30,775 nucleotides of DNA from a virus (lineage: Duplodnaviria > Caudoviricetes). Position numbers and translations under genes: made by a program. Of this stretch, positions 17,670 to 25,799 are shown piece by piece. The notes beneath the pieces are model-generated. The model saw only the letters and a program-made list of their open reading frames with translations. It did not search any database and was not told the DNA's origin. Location: IMG/VR virus record IMGVR_UViG_3300010354_000364, positions 1 to 30,775 of that record. One strand, given 5' to 3'. Every line of letters begins with the position of its first letter. The first letter of the stretch is position 1.

Positions 17670-17671
17670 TC

Positions 17672-18148
17672 CTACGACAGAAACATGGCTTTTTCGTCAA
17701 TTCTGCGGTTTTGTAGCCCTTTCAGTATTTTGCCACCAGCCATGCAATACTTCAAGAACTCCTCGGCTGCGCCCTCTTTGTCGCCCCTGTTTAGCTTTAA
17801 TCTTAGGGTTGATCTTTGGAGCGTCCCAAGGCCGCAATTAAATGAGAAGCTAACAAGCCCATCAAACATACCTTGGGTAAGCTGGGTAGTGATAAGTCTA
17901 CTAACGCCTTGTTCAAATCTAGCAAGGTCTGCACGTAGTATTGCATCTACTTCTTCTTTGCTAAAAGTGCGGTTATCTTCTGGGCGAAGCGCATAACCAT
18001 CTCTTTCATTGATTGGCATTTTGCCTTGATCTGGGTAAAGTACATGACCAACTCCTATAGTCCAAAGTTTCGCCGGGCAACGGTATGGTTTAAACCTCAC
18101 TCCTTCGTGGTGCTTAATTACCTCAGTTGCTTTAGCACTTACTTTCAT
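17672..18148 (-). CDS. Endolysin, GH24 (T4-type) lysozyme
   Basis: HEGVRFKPYRCPAKLWTIGVGH fits E-x8-[D/C]-x5-T; also FDGLVSFSFNCG, STL and GLQNRRIDE. Confidence 0.92.
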   Translation of the reverse strand: MKVSAKATEVIKHHEGVRFKPYRCPAKLWTIGVGHVLYPDQGKMPINERDGYALRPEDNRTFSKEEVDAILRADLARFEQGVSRLITTQLTQGMFDGLVSFSFNCGLGTLQRSTLRLKLNRGDKEGAAEEFLKYCMAGGKILKGLQNRRIDEKAMFLS

Positions 18149-18387
18149 ACATAAACATCCACATGGTTCATTGTGATGTTATGCCCGTTCTTCTGATCTT
18201 TGCCAAGGTATGCTTCCCTTGCCTGAGCAACGCAATCAGCTTGCAGGTCTTTCAATCTTTTAGCCTCGATGTCTGCCAGTTTACGCATATGCTTTAAATG
18301 TTCACAATGCTGAATCTGCACCTGCTCCGCAACTCTCTTTGCGTTGATTAGGTCATAAGACGCTCTGGCAGCATCGTTGACCTTCAT
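18145..18387 (-). CDS. Hypothetical protein in the lysis cassette
   Basis: 80 aa, soluble and helical, ATGA overlaps with both neighbours. Confidence 0.6.
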   Translation of the reverse strand: MKVNDAARASYDLINAKRVAEQVQIQHCEHLKHMRKLADIEAKRLKDLQADCVAQAREAYLGKDQKNGHNITMNHVDVYV

Positions 18388-18899
18388 TTACCAAATGCCC
18401 TGCCACCAAAATGAAACGCTATTATCGAAGCAAACAATGCCTGAGTCTCGTTGTCCCACAGGTGTTCTGCCATTTGCTCGAATGGAATATCGTACTTAAA
18501 CCCATGAATGATCAGCGCCAAGTCAATTCCAACCAGCAGGAAAAAGAACCCATAAGTGATTACCGGACGAACTGATGCACGAAGATTCTTCATCCACTGG
18601 GAAGTACCCTCATTTAATGCGGTGTCGTGGGCATAGATTGCCTGCATCTCTGCTGTCTGGGCAGCAATCAAACTTTGCTTTTCGGCGCTCTTGGTTTCAA
18701 TCTCAAGCTGCTCGGTCTTTATGTGTTCAACCCGTTCTTGCGCCTCGAAGCCGAGTTTTCGTAGCTCCATCTCCCGCTGAATCTGAAGTTGGGCTAACTC
18801 CATCTCATGCTTTTTGTCAGAACGATCCTGAAAGAAGTCCAGCAACTTGGGAAGACCGCCCATCAGGAAAGAGATTAGGGTAGATAGTAGCGTCAGCAT
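18384..18899 (-). CDS. Putative holin (3-TM, GTA-holin-like)
   Basis: Hydrophobic N-terminus, coiled coil, then LRASVRPVITYGFFFLLVGI and LFASIIAFHFGGRAFGK; close to the endolysin. Confidence 0.7.
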   Translation of the reverse strand: MLTLLSTLISFLMGGLPKLLDFFQDRSDKKHEMELAQLQIQREMELRKLGFEAQERVEHIKTEQLEIETKSAEKQSLIAAQTAEMQAIYAHDTALNEGTSQWMKNLRASVRPVITYGFFFLLVGIDLALIIHGFKYDIPFEQMAEHLWDNETQALFASIIAFHFGGRAFGK

Positions 18900-18906
18900 A
18901 AAGTCC

Positions 18907-19074
18907 TCACTTGAATCGACTCATTACAGAGTCCATGATAGGCACAGCCAGTTCATTTGGCAATTTGGAAATAATGTCCAAAAACCAGATGAAGGCCATC
19001 CCGTAGCAGAACAATTTGAACCATTGCTTAAAACCATCAATGATCTCTTTGGTCAAAAAGTCCTTGAGTCTCAC
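18907..19074 (-). CDS. Small membrane protein (55 aa)
   Basis: Start re-called to GTG at 19074, which gives a GTGA overlap with the upstream stop; hydrophobic WFKLFCYGMAFIWFLDII. Confidence 0.55.
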   Translation of the reverse strand: MRLKDFLTKEIIDGFKQWFKLFCYGMAFIWFLDIISKLPNELAVPIMDSVMSRFK

Positions 19075-19562
19075 CGTCCGCAACCCGTAGATGAACAGAA
19101 TGAAATAGCTTCCCACGCCGCCCAGCCAATGAATATGGCAAACACAATCAGCACCCCAGCAGCAACCATCATCTCGTTGAATTCTTCTTCCTTGCGTTTG
19201 CGTTTTGCTTCAGCAATGCTGTCCTTCTGAGCCTGTACTGCGTTGGCTGCTTCCATGTCGCTGGCTCGCTTCTTGATGTTTTGCCAGATGTCCATGTTAT
19301 TTGTACTGAAAAACAAGCCTTGTAGCTCATTTTCAAAGTCTCTCTGTGCTTTCAGTGCCAGTTCAATCTCAATAGCCTTGCCCATTGCAGAGCCGCCAGA
19401 CTTCTTGGCCTGTTGGACTGCCTTGGTAGCTGTGTGCTTGGCCTCAAAATACTTTCCAATCATTGGCCCAAGCGAGGCAACATCATCCACCGTAGCGGAT
19501 GCTTTTTTAATTAGAGCAACTGCGCTTTGAACTGCTGCAAGGGCTGAGACTGGATCAATCAT
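19071..19562 (-). CDS. Membrane-anchored helical protein in the lysis region
   Basis: 163 aa, MIDPVSALAA N-terminus, coiled coil, C-terminal TM segment VAAGVLIVFAIFIGWAAW. Confidence 0.7.
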   Translation of the reverse strand: MIDPVSALAAVQSAVALIKKASATVDDVASLGPMIGKYFEAKHTATKAVQQAKKSGGSAMGKAIEIELALKAQRDFENELQGLFFSTNNMDIWQNIKKRASDMEAANAVQAQKDSIAEAKRKRKEEEFNEMMVAAGVLIVFAIFIGWAAWEAISFCSSTGCGR

Positions 19563-19589
19563 TTTCTAGCCTTTTAACTCTTTTGCTTC

Positions 19590-20531
19590 TTAAAAAGTAA
19601 TTGAACCTGACGATGTCCACTTATAAATGCGGTATCCGCCAGTCACAGTGATCGTGGGCGATCCAGTAGTAGACGTGGCCGCGCTGTAAGTGTCGGAATA
19701 ACGGATGATTACGATGCCGGAACCACCGTTGCCGGGAGTTGGCACGTTGGACGCCACTCCTCCACCGCCCCCACCGCCGGTATTAGCTGTTCCAGAAGTT
19801 GCTTGCCTCGCCGCGTCGTTGTACGTCGCACCTGTGCCACCACCACCATTACCGCCAGCACCACCACCTGTTCCCGTATCCCTTCCAGAACCACCGCCGC
19901 CGCCAGCGTAGTAAGTTGCAGTGCCGCTGATGGAAGACTGAACCCCGACCCCGCCAACGCCACCAGCACCGGCAGAAGGAGAATTCCCGCCAACAGCGCC
20001 AGCTCCGCCCCCGCCGCCTGCAGCATCACCCGCGATCGTGTCGCCAGAACCTCCGCGATAGCCCTGCCCAGAAGTTCCTGCACCGTAGTTCGATGCAGTT
20101 TCACCAGAGCCACCACCCGAACCGCCGGTTGCACCAATTCGAGAGTTTGAACCGCCATATCCACCACCAATTGCGGTGATGCTGCCAAATACAGAATTGC
20201 TGCCGGATGTTGAAGTGTTGCTACCCGCTCCGGTGCCACCTGCCCCAACAGTCACGGTAATTGGCGAACCAGCGGTTACCGAATACCCGCTAGAGGTCAA
20301 TAAACCTCCTGCGCCACCACCGCCAGAAAAGTTGGAACTGTTAGAGCCACCACCGCCTCCACCAGCAACAACAAGATATTCAACAGATGTAGGGCCGTTA
20401 TACGGCTGCGGCCATGCACCCTGCTTTTGCAAAGCGGCCTGCTGAGAAAGAGTCCACAACCCCGGAGCCGCAGACGATGTCGGCGTCGGAGGCGCTTTGG
20501 TTATGTAGCCACCGGGGTATTGCTCACTCAT
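19590..20531 (-). CDS. Polyglycine-rich adhesin/receptor-binding-like protein (paralog 4)
   Basis: Start re-called to ATG 20531 (ATGA overlap); VEYLVVAGGG, repeated Gly runs, GGSGIVIIRY and YRIYKWTSSGSITF. Confidence 0.75.
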   Translation of the reverse strand: MSEQYPGGYITKAPPTPTSSAAPGLWTLSQQAALQKQGAWPQPYNGPTSVEYLVVAGGGGGGSNSSNFSGGGGAGGLLTSSGYSVTAGSPITVTVGAGGTGAGSNTSTSGSNSVFGSITAIGGGYGGSNSRIGATGGSGGGSGETASNYGAGTSGQGYRGGSGDTIAGDAAGGGGGAGAVGGNSPSAGAGGVGGVGVQSSISGTATYYAGGGGGSGRDTGTGGGAGGNGGGGTGATYNDAARQATSGTANTGGGGGGGVASNVPTPGNGGSGIVIIRYSDTYSAATSTTGSPTITVTGGYRIYKWTSSGSITF

Positions 20532-20875
20532 GCCAACTCCATCCAAGAAGTTGTGATCTCATCCCAGCGATATTGCTTGCCATCAGTCGGCATGGCAACA
20601 GGAGGCTCCCAAATGCAGGTTTGCTCATTTAGCCGCCAACTTTTGAATGGGCGTTGCGGAATAAATGCATCACGGTATGAGTCGTAGTGATAGCCGATCC
20701 CAGCATAATTTTTGCGTAAAGGAGTTCCTCCATTTAAGTGAACTCCACCCTGCGTGTTGTAGGACGTTTGAACCCAAGACGAAGGATCGCCAAACAGCCC
20801 AGAGTCGATGACATCCTGTTCAGCAACAATCACTTGAGTGACAATTCCATCTTCAACTTTTGCAAAGTGCGACAT
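20528..20875 (-). CDS. Small fibre-associated protein (possible assembly chaperone/cap)
   Basis: 115 aa, Trp/Tyr/Pro-rich (WVQTSYN, RKNYAGIGYHYD, WEPPVAMP), between Gly-rich genes; RBS TAAGGAG. Confidence 0.6.
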   Translation of the reverse strand: MSHFAKVEDGIVTQVIVAEQDVIDSGLFGDPSSWVQTSYNTQGGVHLNGGTPLRKNYAGIGYHYDSYRDAFIPQRPFKSWRLNEQTCIWEPPVAMPTDGKQYRWDEITTSWMELA

Positions 20876-20884
20876 TTTTTCTCC

Positions 20885-22042
20885 TTAGAAGGTGATTGAA
20901 CCTGATGAAGTCCATTTGTAGATTCGATAACCGCCAGTTGTGGTGATTGTTGGTGAACCTGTGGTTGAAGACGCAAGAGGGTATGTATCTGAATAACGGA
21001 TTATGACAATACCAGAGCCCCCAGCGCCGCCAGAAACTGTAATGCTATCTTGACTACCGCCGCCTCCGCCACCTCCCGTATTAGCCGTTGCTGCACCACC
21101 ATTACCGTCGCTTGTTACTGCGCCGTTACCGCCTCCTCCAGAACCGCCAAGACCACCTGTACCACCATCTCTTGAGCCGCCGCCACCGCCGCCAGCATAA
21201 GTTACTGAAGAGCCAGAAATTGACGACGCAGTGCCATTACCGCCTGCGCCTGCTACAGACCCTGAACCATTAGCGCCTACGGCACTTGCACCGCCACCAC
21301 CGCTACCGGGGTAAGGAGAACTTGTCGAAGCGTTACCGCCGTTGCTACCTTGCCCAGCCGTCCCCGACCCAGCGCCTGCCCCACGATAGTCTGACCCCCC
21401 ACCAGAACCACCAGATGCACCTGCGCCGCTGCCAGTGTTGTATCCGCCACCGCCACCACCTCCAGTAGAAGTAATAGAACTAAATACAGAGTTATTTCCG
21501 TTTGCACCTCGGTTTGCAGTAGCCGCGCCACCACCGCCAACAGTTACAGTAATCGCGGAACCCGCAGTAACGGCAAATCCTGCTGCAGTTCTATAACCTC
21601 CAGCACCGCCACCGCCCATACCAGCACCGTTAGCGCCTCCGCCACCACCACCACCGCCAGCAACCACAAGGTATTCAACGGTAGATGGTGCAGAAGGCGC
21701 GACTGGCGTAACACTATTTGATGCCGCACTTGCTGGGCCAGTCCCGCTTGCATTAGTAGCCGTCACGGTGAACGTATATGAAGTCCCGTTGGTAAGCCCT
21801 GTGACAACAATCGGAGAAGCTGATCCTGTTCCAGTAAGCCCACCGGGGCTAGAAGTAACTGTGTAGCCAGTAATTGTTGATGGGTAACCCGTTTGAGTTG
21901 GCGCAGTAAAAGTGACAGATGCTTGTGCATCCCCTGCTGTTGCCGTCCCAATTGTTGGCGCTCCCGGTTTAGACGGCCAAAGGCTTGCCGCAATTGCTTG
22001 CAACTGCTGTCGTGATGTCCAAAGTCCACTGAAATTTGGCAT
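20885..22042 (-). CDS. Fibronectin type III plus polyglycine-rich adhesin-like protein (paralog 3)
   Basis: FN3 signature PGAPTIGTATAG...GLTNGTSYTFTVTATNASGTGPAS, then a Gly-rich domain with the shared C-terminus. Confidence 0.8.
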   Translation of the reverse strand: MPNFSGLWTSRQQLQAIAASLWPSKPGAPTIGTATAGDAQASVTFTAPTQTGYPSTITGYTVTSSPGGLTGTGSASPIVVTGLTNGTSYTFTVTATNASGTGPASAASNSVTPVAPSAPSTVEYLVVAGGGGGGGGANGAGMGGGGAGGYRTAAGFAVTAGSAITVTVGGGGAATANRGANGNNSVFSSITSTGGGGGGGYNTGSGAGASGGSGGGSDYRGAGAGSGTAGQGSNGGNASTSSPYPGSGGGGASAVGANGSGSVAGAGGNGTASSISGSSVTYAGGGGGGSRDGGTGGLGGSGGGGNGAVTSDGNGGAATANTGGGGGGGSQDSITVSGGAGGSGIVIIRYSDTYPLASSTTGSPTITTTGGYRIYKWTSSGSITF

Positions 22043-22105
22043 AGATCGTCCTTAGAAGGTGATCGAGCCACTGCTCGTCCATTTGTAGATTCGATAACCG
22101 CCAGT
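20910..22105. repeat. 29-bp exact direct repeat in the 3' ends of Gly-rich paralogs 3 and 2 (20910-20938 and 22077-22105)
   Basis: gtccatttgtagattcgataaccgccagt occurs in both; a synonymous-diverged third copy lies near 19615-19643. Confidence 0.9.
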
Positions 22106-23218
22106 CGTTGTGACTGTTGGCGAACCAGTGGTTGAAGATGCTAATTGGTATGTGTCTGAATAACGAATAATTACAACTCCAGAGCCTCCCGCCGCTCCAT
22201 CTGCGCCCGAACCCCTAGCTCCGCCACCGCCTCCGCCTGTATTAGCTGTGCCAGCAGTTCCCGACCCGTTATCAGTGCCAGCATAACCAGCACCGCCACC
22301 TCCTAAACCACCCGCTCCACCACTTGCTCCAAGGCGAGTTCCTCCACCGCCACCACCGCCGTAATAAGTTCCAGAGCCGCTAGGCCATATAACACCAGTT
22401 CCCCCAGCGCCGCCGTCGCCGTTTGATAGAGCCGCGCCGCCAACACCGCCAGCGCCACCCCCGCCTCCAGACGCACCATCTCCAGCAGTCGCTTGAGCGG
22501 CTCCGCCTGCATAACCTTCGACTGGAGAATACCCACCAGCGTTACCAGAGCCGGGAGCGCCAAAAGTACCACCAGTGTTTGTTGTACCGCCACCTCCAGA
22601 GCCTCCGTTGCCTCCCGGTTGAGGCGAGCCTCCACCGCCGCCACCACCCCCGCCGCCTGTTGTGTTAATTCCAAATGCGGAAGATGTGCTTCCATTATTA
22701 CCGGGGCCACTTGTAGTTTGTGTTGCCCCACCAGCACCAACAGTAATTGTGTATGCCGTACTTGCGGTAACAGAAGCAGTGCCAGACCTTAAACCACCAG
22801 CACCACCGCCGCCACCAACATATTTGCCAGCACTACCGCCGCCAGCAACAACAAGGTATTCAACAGTCGAAGGAGTGGTCGGAGCCGCAGGAGAAAAACT
22901 ACTAGTCGCAGAACTGATTGGGCCAGTACCATAAGCATTGGTCGCGGCCACGGTTGCTGTGTAAGTGTTGCCGTTCGTCAGCCCAGTCACAACAATTGGA
23001 GAGGAAGCGCCAGTGTTTGTGAAAACAGCACCGCTCGACGAATCCTTAACAACAACAATGTATGAAGTGATTGCCCCGCCACCTACATTAGCAGGAGCGG
23101 TAAAGGTCACAGACACTTGCGCATTTCCAGCCGTGGCTGTGCCAATCGTTGGAGCGTCAGGGGTCTGTAGCGGGAAGTAGGAAGCCGTCAGAATAGCGGC
23201 TTGATAGCGCATCGACAT
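22052..23218 (-). CDS. Fibronectin type III plus polyglycine-rich adhesin-like protein (paralog 2)
   Basis: FN3 signature PDAPTIGTATAG...GLTNGNTYTATVAATNAYGTGPIS, then a Gly-rich domain with the shared C-terminus. Confidence 0.8.
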   Translation of the reverse strand: MSMRYQAAILTASYFPLQTPDAPTIGTATAGNAQVSVTFTAPANVGGGAITSYIVVVKDSSSGAVFTNTGASSPIVVTGLTNGNTYTATVAATNAYGTGPISSATSSFSPAAPTTPSTVEYLVVAGGGSAGKYVGGGGGAGGLRSGTASVTASTAYTITVGAGGATQTTSGPGNNGSTSSAFGINTTGGGGGGGGGGSPQPGGNGGSGGGGTTNTGGTFGAPGSGNAGGYSPVEGYAGGAAQATAGDGASGGGGGAGGVGGAALSNGDGGAGGTGVIWPSGSGTYYGGGGGGGTRLGASGGAGGLGGGGAGYAGTDNGSGTAGTANTGGGGGGARGSGADGAAGGSGVVIIRYSDTYQLASSTTGSPTVTTTGGYRIYKWTSSGSITF

Positions 23219-23230
23219 TGGATGTCCCTA

Positions 23231-23602
23231 TCAAGTAATCGCTTCGTAAGATGCGGTCAACTCAATCGCACTACCCGTTCCTACAGTGACCACAATGGAT
23301 TGAGACTCACCACAATAGAAGGCGGTGGTCTTGTCGGTGATGATCAGAGATGCGTTTGCAGGAACGCTGATCTGATATGCAATGCGATATGCAGTGCCGC
23401 CACCACCAGTCGCGCTATTGATCGACACAGTTACCGCAACAGCAGAGCCAGTAACGTTAGCCGCAACAATGTTGTCGATCTTGTTTACCGTTCCTGCGGC
23501 TGGCGTAAGCGCCGTCCATGTGGTTGCACTTGTAGTGCTTGGGATTAGGTAAGACGTGTTGCCGTAGATCGACGTGACGTTTACGATGTTTGGGTTTGCC
23601 AT
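23231..23602 (-). CDS. Small beta-sandwich virion protein (fibre connector-like)
   Basis: 123 aa, Thr/Ala/Val-rich all-beta pattern (KIDNIVAANV, ISVPANASLII, LTASYEAIT); RBS GGAG. Confidence 0.6.
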   Translation of the reverse strand: MANPNIVNVTSIYGNTSYLIPSTTSATTWTALTPAAGTVNKIDNIVAANVTGSAVAVTVSINSATGGGGTAYRIAYQISVPANASLIITDKTTAFYCGESQSIVVTVGTGSAIELTASYEAIT

Positions 23603-23614
23603 GTCTTACTCCAA

Positions 23615-24700
23615 TTAAAGTTGTCCTGCGTTTGTCGAAGGGAACGCTCGGACGATGCCGGGATTTGTTGACCAGATAATACGAACTGCGCCTGCGCGGC
23701 CATCAGAAGAATTGCCGCTTGTATAGTACTTAGTACCATCGGAATCTTCACGATAGCGAGACCCTCCAGCGCCGCCGCCGCCACCATATAGACCCCCACG
23801 ACCACTACCAGTGACAGAACCTACGCCGGAATTCTCCCCGGTTTCCCCACCTGATCCTCCCGTGCCACCTGTTGCTTCGGTATAGTTAATTGTACCGTTT
23901 GGAACCATACCAGTACCGCCAACACCATTTGCGCCAAGCCCATTCAGGCCGGTACCCCCACCTCCAGCACCGCCTTGATATACAGCATAGAAAATTGGGT
24001 TTGATCCGACTGTGTATTCCGCAAGGCCACCACCGCCTCCCCCACCGCCGCCACCGCCGGTGCTTGATAATCCATTACCCCCCGTGCCTGCGGCGTTACC
24101 TCCCCGACCGCCAATGGCCGTGTATCCCCCGGCCCCGCCACCGCCGCCCCCTGCCGCAAACTTTCCATAATTGTTGTCCCATGCGGTTTGCCCCCCTGCA
24201 CCCCCAGCAAAGCCTGTTCCAACAAGCACTAGCCCACCCGCTCCGGTTTGCCCATTGGCTCCCCCTCCAGCCTGTACAAGGTAGGTTGAACTCCGCTGCA
24301 CCCCTGAAGGATTTCCAGCATCCCCAAATCCGCGAAGAGGGTCGGACACCACAGGAGGGTTTTCCGCGCCGCCCGCACCAACAATAACCGTCAATACCTC
24401 ACCGGGCGTCACAGAAACAGTATTGCTATATGCGAGCGCCCCGCCGCCTCCACCATAAACCGTTGTACCAGACGCTACAGGCCCAATAAATGAGGCGGGA
24501 TCGAATTGATTTGTGTACCGAACTGCCCAACACCCTGCGCCGCCGCCACCAACCGCAACCATAGAAATGGACGTCACACCGGCAGGCACGATAAACGTAT
24601 AAGTACCGGGCTGCGTGAATGTCTGTTCCCCAAAAGCATCTTCCGAGCTAAACCCAAATGCTCTGGCAGATAGAGCAGCGAAAGAATTGATGATTGGCAT
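23615..24700 (-). CDS. Polyglycine-rich adhesin-like protein (paralog 1, divergent)
   Basis: Start re-called to ATG 24700 (MPIINSFAALSARAFGF), 1 nt after the upstream stop; GTYTFIVPAGVTSISMVAVGGGG, Gly runs, GAVRIIW...RAFPST. Confidence 0.75.
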   Translation of the reverse strand: MPIINSFAALSARAFGFSSEDAFGEQTFTQPGTYTFIVPAGVTSISMVAVGGGGAGCWAVRYTNQFDPASFIGPVASGTTVYGGGGGALAYSNTVSVTPGEVLTVIVGAGGAENPPVVSDPLRGFGDAGNPSGVQRSSTYLVQAGGGANGQTGAGGLVLVGTGFAGGAGGQTAWDNNYGKFAAGGGGGGAGGYTAIGGRGGNAAGTGGNGLSSTGGGGGGGGGGGLAEYTVGSNPIFYAVYQGGAGGGGTGLNGLGANGVGGTGMVPNGTINYTEATGGTGGSGGETGENSGVGSVTGSGRGGLYGGGGGAGGSRYREDSDGTKYYTSGNSSDGRAGAVRIIWSTNPGIVRAFPSTNAGQL

Positions 24701-24701
24701 A

Positions 24702-25790
24702 TCAGGCGAACCGGACTTGAGAAGCAAACACCGTGAACGCAGCCGATCCGGTCTTGATGATGGTGTATGTGTAAGAATCAATGCCGGAGGCTGTACCAAA
24801 TGACCACGCAATACCTCCTTGGTACTTTGGCGTTACAGATGCCCCATCAATCGTCACTGCGTTGTTGTAGTAGGCAGTACCACCGTTAGTAGCCAAAAAC
24901 ACAACCGTCAGCGTTTGCCCCGTAGACATCAGCGTGTTTAAAGATGTGCTTCCGTTGCCCCGGAAGTTCATTGTCCAGTTAGCTGATGCTGCGGTCGTGT
25001 AATAAACCACCGACTGCGTGGTCACATCAAAGTTGATTGTCCCAGTCGCCGCTGTCGCTGAGATGGTGATTGGTTCCGCAGCATTCGCCAATACCGCTGC
25101 CAACTCTGAGGTCGAACCATTAAACGTCTGTTTGGCTGTAAAAGTTGTGGCAGTCCCCGAAGCAACGTAGTCTGTGCCCGGAGTGGCGTTTGCCAACGCA
25201 CCACCAGAGTTAGCTTTCAGGATCGCCGTGCCAGAGGGGGGAGCAAGATAATCAGTTCCAGCAGTTGCGGCAGACAATGCAGTGCCGTTGCCTTTTGTGA
25301 TACCAGTGATTGTTGTAGTAAGCGTGAGCGTTCCGTTGGTGTTTGTACCGGCAAAACCGTTTGCCGTGGCAACTGACGCGCTACTAACTGTTGATCCAAT
25401 TTTCACAAAATCAGAACCATTCCATGCAACAGCGCATTTTTCACCGGCAATGATTGTCACGCCAGATGTGGGGCCAGCACCACGAACAACGATTGACGCC
25501 GTTCCTGCATTAACAACAATGTATGCTTTGCTCTGAGCGGGGGCAGTAATGTACCGTGTTACCCCATTTGATGCCGTCCACAGAATGATGGCTTCACGGG
25601 CTTGATTGCTTGATCCGTTGTTTGTAGATAAAGTCACATCAGCATCGGCACTAAGTGTGGTTGTGCCAGCTACAGCGGAATCAATCAGCGTTGTGATTGA
25701 ATCATTTACAGTCGTGCCCCATGTACCAGACAAATCTCCTGTGGTTGGGAGAGCTAGGCCCAGTAATGGAGAAAAGTTAGTTACTGCCAT
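24702..25790 (-). CDS. Tail fibre protein
   Basis: 362 aa, Thr/Ala/Gly/Ser-rich; N-terminal LGLALPTTGDLSGTWGTTVN anchor, repeated AT[AP]GTDY, C-terminal beta domain ending GIDSYTYTIIKTGSAAFTVFASQ. Confidence 0.75.
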   Translation of the reverse strand: MAVTNFSPLLGLALPTTGDLSGTWGTTVNDSITTLIDSAVAGTTTLSADADVTLSTNNGSSNQAREAIILWTASNGVTRYITAPAQSKAYIVVNAGTASIVVRGAGPTSGVTIIAGEKCAVAWNGSDFVKIGSTVSSASVATANGFAGTNTNGTLTLTTTITGITKGNGTALSAATAGTDYLAPPSGTAILKANSGGALANATPGTDYVASGTATTFTAKQTFNGSTSELAAVLANAAEPITISATAATGTINFDVTTQSVVYYTTAASANWTMNFRGNGSTSLNTLMSTGQTLTVVFLATNGGTAYYNNAVTIDGASVTPKYQGGIAWSFGTASGIDSYTYTIIKTGSAAFTVFASQVRFA

Positions 25791-25799
25791 AAACTACTC

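Noticed and set aside
19563-19589. In-frame GAA GCA AAA GAG TTA AAA GGC TAG after the paralog-4 stop (read-through or gene remnant)
   Set aside because: Only seven codons, which is expected by chance in a purine-rich leader.
19590-22200. Diversity-generating retroelement (TR/VR) behind the repeated 3' ends of the Gly-rich genes
   Set aside because: Differences among copies are mostly synonymous and not adenine-specific, all copies are coding, and no reverse transcriptase is in the window.
24701-24820. Longer 398-aa start (TTG 24811) with a perfect AAGGAGGT, or a frameshift fusing the fibre to paralog 1
   Set aside because: The SD is only 1 nt from the TTG and simply encodes QGG of the fibre. 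I saw no slippery heptamer, and ATG 24700 is coupled to the upstream stop.
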